64,000 bases of DNA from an uncultured bacterium (GCA_943788175.1 CALSPG010000006.1:1-64000); one strand, 5' to 3'; counted from the stretch's first letter, positions 1 to 11,365 are shown. The notes: generated by a model not told the origin, from the letters alone. Program-made: numbers and translations.

Positions 1-662
1 ACCCAGTCTCTCTTTGAATCTAAATTTCCTAATGTAATACTATTACTAATGCCGAGCTTAATTTTGGCGACTGAATTTGTTATTTTACGTGTAACAAATT
101 CCAAACCCCTTAAAGGAGACTCATGATTAAATAAAATACCATTACACGTGAATATGTTATATGATTTGTTATATATATCAGCTATCCAATGACCATAAAG
201 TTTTGCAGCTGCATAGGGGCTAGAGGGTTCGAATTTTGTATTTTCATCTTGAATATCATGATTATTATCACCATACAGTTCGCTAGTTGATGCCTGGTAT
301 ATTTTTGAATTAGGGCAAATATTTCTAACAGATTCTAGTAAACGAGTAACTCCCAGTCCACTAATTTCGGCAGAACTTATTGGCTGTTCGAAAGAAGCAC
401 CGACAAAACTTTGGGCTGCTAAATTATAGATCTCATCTGGCTTAGATAATTTAAGAGCCTCAATTATAGAGTAACCGTCTAATAAATCACATGGAATTAA
501 TGATACCTTATCAAAAATATTTAAATGTTGTAATCTCCAAAAATTAGGAGTCGAAAGTCTTCTGTAAGTGCCAAAAACAAAATAATTTTTATTTAATAGA
601 AATTGAGCTAAATAAGCTCCATCTTGTCCAGTAATCCCAGTAATTAATGCTCTTTTATTCAT
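1..662 (-). CDS. gmd: GDP-mannose 4,6-dehydratase (runs off window start)
   Basis: Not in the ORF track. Manual translation from the ATG at 662 gives MNKRALITGITGQDGAYLAQFLL...YNLAAQSFVGASFEQP...YQASTSELYG...PSSPYAAAKLYGHW...GILFNHESPLRG. Confidence 0.95.
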   Translation of the reverse strand, partial: MNKRALITGITGQDGAYLAQFLLNKNYFVFGTYRRLSTPNFWRLQHLNIFDKVSLIPCDLLDGYSIIEALKLSKPDEIYNLAAQSFVGASFEQPISSAEISGLGVTRLLESVRNICPNSKIYQASTSELYGDNNHDIQDENTKFEPSSPYAAAKLYGHWIADIYNKSYNIFTCNGILFNHESPLRGLEFVTRKITNSVAKIKLGISNSITLGNLDSKRDW

Positions 663-791
663 AATAAATCTTTTATAAAGTAATGGTTTAAATAGTCTTA
701 AACCCTTTATAGCTTATAAATTTACCAAAAAACACTTCAAAGAGGAATTAAAATAATCTAATGATCATAAATGAAAACATTATTAAAGATC

Positions 792-1983
792 TTAGATTTC
801 AAAATTATATTTTTTTGCCTTTATACCCACAATTACTAATAGAATATCAATGATTACAGCTAATATAATTGTTAAAATCAATTTTGATTTTCTACTAGGT
901 CCAGATTTTTCTGTGGGTACTTCCGGGATGTCTAGAATAGAAACCATAGTGCGTTTCCCAATTTCATCTATTTTGACCAATTCATATTCCGCCTTAATTG
1001 TGATGTAGACCTGATTTATCATTTCAACTTCACGAAGAAGTCTCTCTCTCTCAAGCATCAAGGCAGGTGAGGTCAAAATATTTCTATTTTTATCTACAAA
1101 TATTTTCAAAGTATTTTCAGCATCTGAAAGTTCACTTTGCACTTGAGTCAACCTTTTTTCTATAAATTGTTTTTTTTCAACAGTACTTTTTAATATAAAA
1201 TTATTTTGAGTTTTATCTAGCTCATCAATAATCTCTGAAGCTACTATCTGAGATAAAAATTTATTTTTACTACTAACAGATAGTTCTATTAGAGGAGAGT
1301 TACGATTTATTTTTTGGACAGAAAGTATTTTGCTATGAAAAATTTTTATAGCTCGGTTTATTACTATATTTGTATCTAAATCTAAAAAATCATCTTTTAA
1401 ATTCAAAATAATACTAAACAATTCTTTATTTAAAAATAAAGAATCGGGGGTAGTTATTTTTTTTTTGCAATATTTTTTTTGCTAAAGTCCGGCTCTTAAT
1501 TATGTCAGGAAATAACTCTGCAGAACTTAATTCTATATTTTGTTGACTTAATTGTCTTAAACCTAATTGAGAAACTAAACCACTAGTTTTCGTCAAAGAT
1601 CCCGATGAACTGTTAGATGGAAGAATTTTAGCTTTAGATATAAATACTGGTTCCACAAAAAATAATAAATATATCAATTGAAAAAATGTTAGAACAAAAA
1701 CAATTAGAAAAAGAATTTTAGTATTTTTATAAAAAAACTTAAAATACGGCTCAAAATTAAATTGTTCTTGAAGATCAGGTAAGGGAGCCGAAATACCAAT
1801 ATTTTCATCAGATTCACTTTTTAGTCCAATTCTTATTTTTCTTACATATTTGTAAGGAACCAAATCTCGAATTTTCCAATTATTTACAGCTTGAGGAGTA
1901 ACATTTAATTCACGAGCTATATCTGCTGGTCTGTCAGCACCATAATTTTCTTCCATGATTTTTTGCAGTTCACTGAATTTCAT
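792..1983 (-). CDS. Wzz-like polysaccharide co-polymerase with N-terminal helix-turn-helix; frameshifted at an A10 run
   Basis: N-terminal ADIARELNVTPQAVNNWK (HTH). Then TM1 followed by P-x-F-x-S-x-A-x-ILP, a coiled coil, Pro-rich ILDIPEVPTEKSGPSR and TM2. Removing one T from the run at 1457-1466 joins the two ORFs (QKKITTPDSLFLNKELFSIIL) into ~396 aa. Confidence 0.85.
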
Positions 1984-1997
1984 AAAGATTGTCCGAT

Positions 1998-4986
1998 CTA
2001 GTTTTTGGCGAGCGATATTAATATCATAACCTGAGATATATCTGCATAAATTGAACTTAATGTCGACGCATATTCTGTAAGGTTGAAAGGTTCAGTTTCG
2101 GATTTAAATCCAATATAAATTTCACTGCTATCTTCAACTTTTGGGTTTTTAAAAAGACCCAATTTGTCTGATTTACCATCGATATACTTTACGTATGAGG
2201 ATCTTCTTAAACCATCTTCAGTATAGCCACCTGCCATATTTATATAATCACTTGCCCTGTACCCTTCATAAAATCTATAATTTCCCGGACTATAAACTGC
2301 TCCTAAAACCTTTACAATGTTTGTATTTGAACCAATAGAGATTGAATCCCCAGGTAATAATCCAAAATTATGCTTAGATCTTGGATTTTTGATAATTTTT
2401 GAGAAAGATAAATTAATTAGATTGCCATTTCTTGATAAAGTACTTGCTTTCGGAAAAGCATCTGGCCTCAGACCACCTGCTCTCTCGATAATCTCACTAA
2501 CCTTAGTATTTGGGGATTCCAAAATGTAATCACCAGGATAAATGACATATCCTGAAATATTCACTAAGTTTTTTTCAATAGGATATGGGTCATCCCTAAG
2601 AATGATGTGATCGTTAGGAGATAATAATAAATCATTATTATTATTTAATTCAAAGGTACCTGGAACATTTTCAAATTTTTTATTTAAAATTATGATTTGT
2701 GTTTTGTTTTTAGCACCTGGATTTCTTTTATGTCTAGCAATTTCAGCGTTTATAAATTTATGTCCGCTATTTATGCCATCAGCTTGTGCTATGGCATCAA
2801 AAAGTGTCATATTTGATTTTAATTCGTATTCTCCTGCTGATCTTACATTTCCGTAAATCGAGATCGTATTTACGGGTATAAACATATCTTCCGAGTAAAT
2901 TTTTATTTCATCACCGGGGTAAAGAGTTATATCAAAACCAGAACTGCCGTTAATTAACTTTTCAATGTCAAATCGAATAATTTTTTTGGTGATTTTATCT
3001 TCATTAAACCTATTTAAATCAGCTCTTTTAAGAAACATCTTATTAAAGTGAGCAGGATCATCTATTCCACCAGCGGCGAAAAGTAAATCTAACACTGTCA
3101 TTTCTTCAGAAATAGGGTAAAAACCTTCTCTTTTGACAAAACCACTAATTAAAACCTCATTTGGAATTTTCCCAGTGATTTCTTCTTTAGAGTATATTCG
3201 AACACTGTCGCCCATAAATAGCCTCTTATCTAACGATATTTGACTGCTTAAAAGAGAATCTAATCTAAAAGTGATGAGTTCTCTTTCCATTTTATTGAAA
3301 TTCCACCTACTTAGCTCTGCGCGGTCCATATAAGTGTTTTTTTAGATGGTTTTCATTTAAAAATCCCCCACCTAAAAAAATTAAATCGTATAGGGACATG
3401 CCATCTTTAAATTTCTTTCTACCAGGATTTAAGACATGGCCAGTAATAAAGACATCTTCAAAAAGTTTTAAATCACTAAGATTATATATAGTGATAACAT
3501 CACCAGAAAATAGTGGAAAATTATTTTCATATTGGTTGTCAAATAAATCTTTCAAATTAATAGATATTAAAGTTTCTTTTTTAAAACTATCCAACCGTGT
3601 AATGTCAGCTTTTTCTAAATAGGCATTCTCGGTAAGTCCATCTGCATTGTTAATTAAATCTAATAAGGACATATTCTTAGATAACTCATAAGATCCGGGT
3701 CTAAATACAGATCCTTCAATTTTAACTAAATTATCTATGCCTGCTAAAATTTTATAAAACGTTACCTCATCATTGTCATATAAACTTTGAGAATTTTTCT
3801 TGCTTAAAATATGATTTAAATTAACATCAACTAAAGTACGACTAACATTTTTGTCCTTCCTTTTTTTAAAGTCAATTATTCTAGATATTTGAGCCCTCTT
3901 AGTATAAGTCTCTGCAGTAACACCACCAGCAACTTCAATAAGATTTATTAATGTCTCGCCTTCAATTAATTCATAAATGTGGGGTCTATTAATTTCGCCA
4001 TTAACGGTAATGGTTTTACCACGATTTGGAATAAAAATAATATCATCTCTTTGAAGCCTAATATCATTTGGCCTTTTACCAGATAATAAAAAATCATATA
4101 AATCAATAGTAGCAATTTCTTCGCCATTTCTAATTAGTTTAATATTTCTTAATGAGCCATTTGTATTTGGACCATTAAAATAATATAAGGAAGTAAATAG
4201 TGTTGAATTAGATTTTACAGAATATGCTCCAGGTTGATCTAATTCACCAAGAGCGAATATTCTTATTGGACGATGAACTGTCTTACCCAAACTAACATCA
4301 AAATAAGTTTTGTCAGAGCCACTTTTTGTACCAAGACTAGAATAAGATTTTAAAAAAAGTTTAAATAATTTATTTTCAAGTAAATTAATTGTCAATCCAT
4401 TAACAAAGACTTGACCAATATTATCAATAAAAAGATAACCTTCTCTGGTGACAATGTAGGATTCATTAATTTCAGTTTCACCCCATAACATAATAACAAT
4501 TTCGTCTCCAGGTCCAATTAGATAATTAGGATCTATAGAAATATCAGTAGATTTTTCAAATAACTTAGGATCTTGATTGAAAATATTATAACCGAAGTAT
4601 ATTTTTGTTACATCAGGTGCTTTAATTTCTTTCTTAACATTAATATCTTCATTTTTAATATTATCAGATATTCCATTATCAATGTTATCTTGCAAATCAT
4701 TATTTACGGTATTAATTCTATCATCTTGAAAATTTTGGTAAATTTCTTCTATAATTTCTTCTTTATTTACTATATCCAAACTGTCTGTGTCTATTTCTTC
4801 AGTAAGTAAAAAAGAGGAATTCATATTTTTTTTATCAGATAAAGCATTCTTAATTTGAGAAGAAGGAACCCCAATCTTTTTTGAGATATTGTTAATAGAT
4901 CTACTATCAATAGTCTGACTATGAATAAAATTCAAACTAAAGAAAATTGATGTTATTGTTGTTATAAAAATCTTTAACATTTTCAT
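1998..4986 (-). CDS. Polysaccharide export protein with multiple SLBB domains (Wza/KpsD-like); frameshifted
   Basis: Signal peptide, Poly_export motif YLIGPGDEIVIMLWG, and repeated GxVxxPGxY...AGG SLBB units. Removing one base from the T7 run at 3337-3343 joins the ORFs (HLKNTYMDRAEL) into ~995 aa. Confidence 0.9.
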
Positions 4987-5439
4987 CCTTATTTTTTAAA
5001 AAATTATTAATGTGAAGTATATTTGATAATGATAAATAAAAGACCACAAATTTAAAAAATATACTTTTTACCTCGTAAATATAAACAAATTTATAAAATA
5101 TTTATAAAATATTTATATATAATATATAAAATTACTATAAAGCAATAATATAAAAAACAATAAAAATTAGTGTATTATAAAATACTTATACAAAATAAAA
5201 TAAATATTTAAAATATTATCTATTTATCCATGAAAACAGGAAGGTGATAAAATTAAAACTCTAAATGAACAATTTTGTATTTGGGTTTTATTGCCAATTG
5301 ATATTTTAGATAAACATAAAAATTGACTATATACAAAAAGCAACTGTACAACCATATTATACAATAAGTAATAAGAATTATCATTATATAATTACACCCA
5401 TGACTCAGAAACTTATGTTTTATTAAAAATTTTATTCCT

Positions 5440-5460
5440 TTAATAATAAAATATTATTAA
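5440..5460. promoter_or_regulatory. Palindrome TTAATAAT-N5-ATTATTAA, copy 1 (candidate operator)
   Basis: TTAATAAT-AAAAT-ATTATTAA read directly. Same arms and spacer length as copy 2. Confidence 0.4.
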
Positions 5461-5582
5461 AAAGAAACAACGTACTATGACATTTCTCGATTGTGATAAG
5501 AGGTTAAAAACATTTTATTGTAATAGCCTTAAAAATACTATTAGAAAGAGAAACCTAACCATAAATCGTATCTGTAATTTTT

Positions 5583-5603
5583 TTAATAATCTCTGATTAT
5601 TAA
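5583..5603. promoter_or_regulatory. Palindrome TTAATAAT-N5-ATTATTAA, copy 2 (candidate operator)
   Basis: TTAATAAT-CTCTG-ATTATTAA read directly. Confidence 0.4.
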
Positions 5604-5614
5604 CCTTTATGAAA

Positions 5615-5655
5615 TAAAAAAAGCCACTGAATTATTGTAACTCAATGGCTTTTTC
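5615..5655 (-). terminator. Intrinsic terminator downstream of the TonB-dependent receptor
   Basis: Minus strand AGCCATTGAGTTA-CAA-TAATTCAGTGGCT followed by T7. The 13-bp stem pairs fully (two G-U pairs) only on the minus strand. Confidence 0.85.
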
Positions 5656-5707
5656 TAAAATTAGGCTAGTATTGTTATATAGCCCTGATAAACAGATTAA
5701 GTGAAAA

Positions 5708-8559
5708 TTAGAAGTTAACCTTTATACCTAGATTAAATGATGTTGGCATACCTAGATAAACCTCCGCCGCATTCGCAGAGTGATCATTTACTCTAAATGG
5801 GACAGCATTATACCTGCTATTATCTACAGCATCTTGAATGTAAACTGCATCAAATAAATTCCTAATATTCAATATAAGCTGCGGCTTAACACCACCAAAT
5901 TCAACAGGAAGATAATAGGACGCATTTAAGTCAAAAACTGTGTAAGGAGGAGTTCTCCAAGACTGTGCTCTATCTGCATCATCATCACTAGAGTATGCTC
6001 TAGAGGTAGGAGACCAGTCAGAAAAGAAGAGCCTGTAATGCCTAGCTGATAACTGAACAGTAGCACCATCTATTGGATTAGCTGTTAGACCAAAGTTTAA
6101 ACTAGCTTGAGGCATGTCTCCTACTCTTAAATCTTTAAGAGCATAACTATAAGACGCATCACTACCATCACTATCTCTGTAAGTACCAGTAGCGTCATCT
6201 GAATATATCCATTTACCTAAACTAGCACCCATATCTACTCGAATATTCTCTGTAAATTGACCAGCAAATTCTATTTCTACTCCCGAATGAACCTGATTAA
6301 TACCAGTCAAATAGATAATATCCTCATCTCCATCTATATTTTCAACAGTACGTGTCGCAATCCTATCATTCCAGGAAGTATTATAAAAGCTTAGTTTACT
6401 AGCCATACTACCATCATCAGATTTAAAATTTTAAACCTAATTCAAATGCAGTAAATTTCTCATTACTTGGATTAGTAGACATCTTACCATCCCAATCTTG
6501 AATTACCTGATCAAAGATAGGAGCTTTATCAATTAGTCCAAAATTAAACCATACATCTGCATTGTCGTAAACCTTTCCAACTACAGGAATAGCATTGAAA
6601 AAACTTAATGCATTTCCTAATTCATAGAGCAAGCCACCTTTGACTTGAAATGTTGATATTGGGTCTGCTTCAATATACAAATCATTAGCGTGACCGCCGG
6701 TTCGCATCTCCTAAACCTTCAACAAAGTCAAGGCCAGATGCATCTTTTGCTTGAGCATAACTGTAATCGTAATTATCTGCATTTTTGAAATGGTTCCAGT
6801 GTGTATATTTAACAGTCGTCATTCCAGCCATTGCAAATGCTTTTAATGCATCTACTGAATATTCAACTTGGCCAAATAGACCTAACCAATTTACATAATT
6901 GGTATAATTATAATCTATTGGATCTCCTAATCCTCCTTGACCATTATCAGAATCGAACTCACTATCAGATGTAACATAGTAATCACCACCAAGTAAATCT
7001 CTGATGGTCTTTACATGATAAATTCTTGCAGATCTATAATCAACACCTACTTGAGTTTTTAAATCACTTGACACATCATAATTTAACTTAGATAGAAAAC
7101 CAATTGTAGATTGTCTATTATTGCTATTCCTTAGGATACCAGACGACGCTCCAAGACTATCATTTTCATGAATTGTAGCATCATAATCAATTACTCTTTG
7201 GACATTACTGTAATCCCACTCTAAGCTACCATAGGTACCTGTTCCGCCACCCATGCCACCAGACCAGTAGACAGAACTGATTAAATTTGTTTTATCATTA
7301 ATACTAAAATAATGATTTAATGCTGCTTGAGGCTTATGAAAGAAGTTTTCTCTTTCAATTGATTAGGTTATCTTCATGTCTCTTACCAGTGTATTCGGTA
7401 TACATCTGCCATTGCTGATCTCCTAATAATGCTGCAGCTTCATCACTAACCGAACTTCCAGTACCACTACAATCTCTACCACATTCAGCTACAGTAGTAG
7501 GATCAACTCTATAGTCATCTAAACCTTCAGCAAATGATCTATCTAGCGAAGCTATATTAAGCCTATATAAATTTTGACCATGTCTTTGAGGAGCGCCCAA
7601 TCCATAAAACTGTAACTTATGCTTATCATTCAGGTTGTAAGTTCCACCCAAAGAAATACGCCCAAGCGTCCGTCCAAGTACCTGCATAATATCCATCGCC
7701 AGTTTTTCTTACAACTGTTGCACTAAGTGCAAGTTTATCATCCATAATCAAACCGGTATTATAACTAATAGTAGACTTTAAAAATCCCCATGCACCAACC
7801 TCTTGCTTGAATGAGCCACCTTTATTTAAAGCTGCTGCGTCGGGTAACGATATTCATACTACCTCCTATAGATGGAGTAGCTAAATTCTGAGCACTCAAA
7901 CCTTTTTGCATTTGTATAGAGCTGGTAACGTCTGCAACACCGTCCCAATTGGACCAGTAAACCCATCCGTTTTCCATATCATTCACTGGGATACCATTAA
8001 TCATCACGGCTACATTTCTTTGATTAAAACCACGAACATTGATCCTAGCATCTCCAGCACCACCACCTTGATTTGTAGCGTATACGCTTGGAACTAGATT
8101 CAAGGCTAGAGGTATATCCTGAGAACCTAATCTTAGAGCAATATCCTCTTTGGTTATATCTGTATATGCTACAGGAGTTTTTTCTGATGCTCTTGAAGCC
8201 AAGACCTCAAGCTCAGTCATTTCTACAGCAGAAAAGACAAGTTCGAAACTTAGTTTGGCTTCATCTGCATAAAGAGTCATGTCTTCGTAACCAATAGCAG
8301 AAGCAGTAATACTGGAACCCGACTCTACACCTTCTATAGAAAATTTCCCTTCTTCATCTGCAGCTGCTCCTAAATCACTATCATCAACAATGACATTAGC
8401 ACCTGCAATAGGCTTTCCATTAGAGACATCAATTACAGTCCCAGATATTACAATAGGCACATTAACATTTTTGGAATCATCACTAAAATCATCCTGAGCT
8501 AAAATTGGAAGCGCGAGTAAAAACGCACCAATAATTGTTGATATCAACTTATTTAACAT
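5708..8559 (-). CDS. TonB-dependent receptor with N-terminal carboxypeptidase-regulatory-like domain; several frameshifts
   Basis: Signal peptide, ISGTVID..GKPIAGANV, plug motif INVRGFNQRNVAVMINGIPVND, barrel strands, NIRNLFD, and terminal aromatic (GIKVNF). Split over five track ORFs plus an unlisted segment. Confidence 0.9.
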
Positions 8560-8674
8560 TTATAGTTCTCCTGTTCAAGTTCATCTTTATAGTTTATAAT
8601 ATTATTTAAATAATTAGAATTTAAATTACTGATTAATTTAAAAAGAAAAACTAAAAAAAATTAAAAAAAATTTG

Positions 8675-8768
8675 CGGGGAACGCCTGGGAATCGAACCCA
8701 GCTCACAAATTAAATTTGAGACAGCGGTTTTGAAGACCGTGGAAAGCACCAGCTACTCAATCACTCCC
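8675..8768 (-). tRNA. selC: tRNA-Sec (anticodon UCA)
   Basis: GGGAGTGATTGAGTAGCTGGTGCTTTCCACGGT-CTTCAAA-ACCG, then a long variable arm and CTGGG-TTCGATT-CCCAG-GCGTTCCCCG. It has a 4-nt UGGU D-loop, UCA anticodon and ~94 nt length. No encoded CCA. Confidence 0.88.
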
Positions 8769-8789
8769 AATTAAATTATAAGAAATTAA

Positions 8790-9354
8790 ACTTCAAAACT
8801 TTATTTTCTGAAATCTAAATTTCTCACATTACTATTTCCATTTTTATTAAATGACAGCTTTAAACCTTTTTTATCTACCCACCCATTATCCTTCCAGGGT
8901 TTCCGACAAACAGCGCAAAGTCTGGAACGTCTTTTGTTACCACAGTTCCTGCTCCAATTAAAGCGTATTTTCCTATTTTATTACCACAAATTATTGTGGC
9001 ATTTGCGCCAATAGATGCTGATTTTTTTACATGGTTTTCTTGTAAAACTACTTCCTCTTTGTGGAAATTCAGATCTAGGATTAAGAATATTTGTAAAAAC
9101 CATGGACGGTCCACAAAATACATAATCCTCCAGTTCAACACCTTCATAAACAGAAACATTGTTTTGAATTTTTACATTATCACCAATTTTAACATTATTA
9201 CCAATATTGACGTTTTGGCCTAATGAAGAGTCCTTACCAATTACAGAACCGGATTGTATATGAGAAAAATGCCATACTTTTGTATCTCTTTCCAATTTGA
9301 ACATTTTCATCAACGTAACTTGATTCATGAACAAAATAGTCTTTTTGTTTTCAT
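8790..9354 (-). CDS. Hexapeptide-repeat N-acetyltransferase, WbpD/WlbB-like; frameshifted, ends approximate
   Basis: [14 protein letters not shown]..., [62 protein letters not shown]. Confidence 0.85.
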
Positions 9355-9357
9355 TTA

Positions 9358-10322
9358 TTTTTAACCCAATCAAACTTTTTGCTGCTTTCTCAAGAACTTT
9401 CATAACTCTCAACAGCGCTATCTCCATTTGCAATTTCAATAATCACCATTATCAATTTTTGAAATGAAATATTTAAGCTCATTTGCATCTAACGGCATGT
9501 AATCATCATATTTAATTTTGTAATCACTTCCTGATTTAGATTTTGGACAGAGGGCCACTCAAATCAGCTGTTTTATCATAAAAGAATAAGTGGCTTCTTT
9601 CATTGAGATCTTCAAATGCAACATACCATTTGAGCCAATAATTACAAACCTATGTTCTTTAAATGGATGCAACCAACTTACAAATATATGTCCCATTTTT
9701 TTATTTGATATTTAAAAGTAGTTATTGAAGTATCATGAATCCCTTCCTGTAAAACATCAACTCCACTTGAAATTATTTCTTTGGTTGTTCATTAAAAAAA
9801 TAATTAAATAAGAGCATATCGTGAGGCGCAAAACTCCAAAAGACATTTTCATCTGTCCTAAACGTACCGAGATTAAGTCTATTACTGTAGATATATTGAA
9901 TATTACCAATCTTTCCATTATCAATAATATTTTTAATTTTTGAAAAGCAGGATGAAAAATAATACATGACCAACCATTAAATTAACCTTCATTTTAATTG
10001 CTAACTCATTAAGTATTCTTTGAAGATTAAGTAGTAAGAGGTTTTTCAACTAAGACAGGCTTTTTATGTTAATATGATTTTTTTTGCTAATTTCAAAATG
10101 AGTATTGATGGCTAGTAGCAATATATAGCCGTCAAAACTTTCATTAAAGCATCTTCTAATGATGAATAAAGTTTGCAATTAGGAAATTTCTTGAATTATT
10201 TTAAGTATTTTTATCTTTTATCAACCACACCACCAAGCGCATTAAGCTCGATTTAAAGTTTTAACATGGATTAAGCCCCCATTTCCCTGCACCTACAACA
10301 CATATATTGTTTTTTTTTTCAA
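9358..10322 (-). CDS. Gfo/Idh/MocA-family oxidoreductase; heavily frameshifted, ends approximate
   Basis: Fragments [43 protein letters not shown] and [16 protein letters not shown]. Confidence 0.8.
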
Positions 10323-10342
10323 TTATAACCAAATTTTTAAGA

Positions 10343-11322
10343 TTATTTCAAAATTTTAGACTAATAATCTAAATACCATTTAATAAATTTTCCTAAACCA
10401 GTATCAATATTTGTTTTTGGATTATAATCCTAGCATTTTTGATGCTTTTGTAATATCAGCATAGTTCTTTTTACATCACCTGACTTGAATGGCTTAAGAA
10501 TCAATCTTTGCTTTTTTATCTAACTTATTTTCAATAATTTGATACAGATCTAGAACTTTTTCTTTTTTGCTATTACCCAAGTTAAATATTTCATAACTAT
10601 AATTTTTTTCTATAGATGCCTTAATCCCTGTTACTATATCATCAATATAGGTGAAATCTCTTTCACTTTTCCATAATTAAAAACCTCTATTTGTTCATTG
10701 TTTAATATTTTTTCGTGAAAGATATAATAGCCATATCTGGTCTACCCCATGCACCATAAACAGTAAAAAACCTTAAACCTGTAGAATTTAAATTCCATAC
10801 AAGTGGTTATAAACATGAGCCATCAGCTCATTTGACTTTTTTGTTGCTGCATAAATAGATATTGGACTATCAACGTTATCAATTCTGAAAATGGTACTTT
10901 TTATTACCGCCATAAACAGATGAACTGGACGCATAGATAAGCCTTCTGACATTATAATCCTTACAACATTCTAAGATATTCATAAAACCAGATACGTTTG
11001 ATTTGATATAGGCATGAAGGATTTATCAGACTGTACCTTGCACTCCAGCTTGAGCAGCTAAATTAACAACTTTATCAGGCTTAAACTTTCAAAAATATTT
11101 TTATGCTTCAAGATTATTCAAATCAACTTCTTCAAAAAAGAAAATTTGAAAATACCTTTAAAATTTTAATACGATCAATTTTCAAAGATTTATCATAGTA
11201 TGAATTCATGTTATCTATACCCCGAACCTCAAAACCATCATTAAGCAAAGACTTACATAAGATGCATACCAATAAAGCCAGCACACCCAGTAACTAATAT
11301 TTTATCTTTTTTTTCTTTTCAT
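10343..11322 (-). CDS. NAD-dependent epimerase, UDP-glucuronate 4-epimerase-like; heavily frameshifted, ends approximate
   Basis: Not in the ORF track. Fragments [67 protein letters not shown] and [10 protein letters not shown]. Confidence 0.85.
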
Positions 11323-11365
11323 GTCATATTTCTTTGTAAACAAATATATGTTTATTAAATCTAAC

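Noticed and set aside
5370-5388. Fur-box-like AATAAGAATTATCATTATA (14/19 match)
   Set aside because: Expected by chance in such AT-rich DNA, and it lies downstream rather than upstream of the TBDR.
4987-5707. oriC in the AT-rich spacer
   Set aside because: No exact TTATCCACA box was seen, only degenerate matches, and there is no dnaA/dnaN/gidA context.
8675-8768. UCA tRNA as evidence for genome-wide UGA recoding (code 4/25)
   Set aside because: TGA ends rsmH, murE, murC, fabH, fabD and fabF at their expected C-termini, and the tRNA has Sec-type architecture.
8981-9439. Apparent oxidoreductase-acetyltransferase fusion ORF
   Set aside because: The joining segment is out-of-frame sequence; the real acetyltransferase N-terminus ([14 protein letters not shown]) lies in another frame after a TAA-ATG.
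11319-11327. ATG-ACA-TGA in frame with the epimerase as a possible Sec codon
   Set aside because: Non-catalytic position in the most error-rich region; an alternative ATG at 11322 plus a homopolymer indel explains it.
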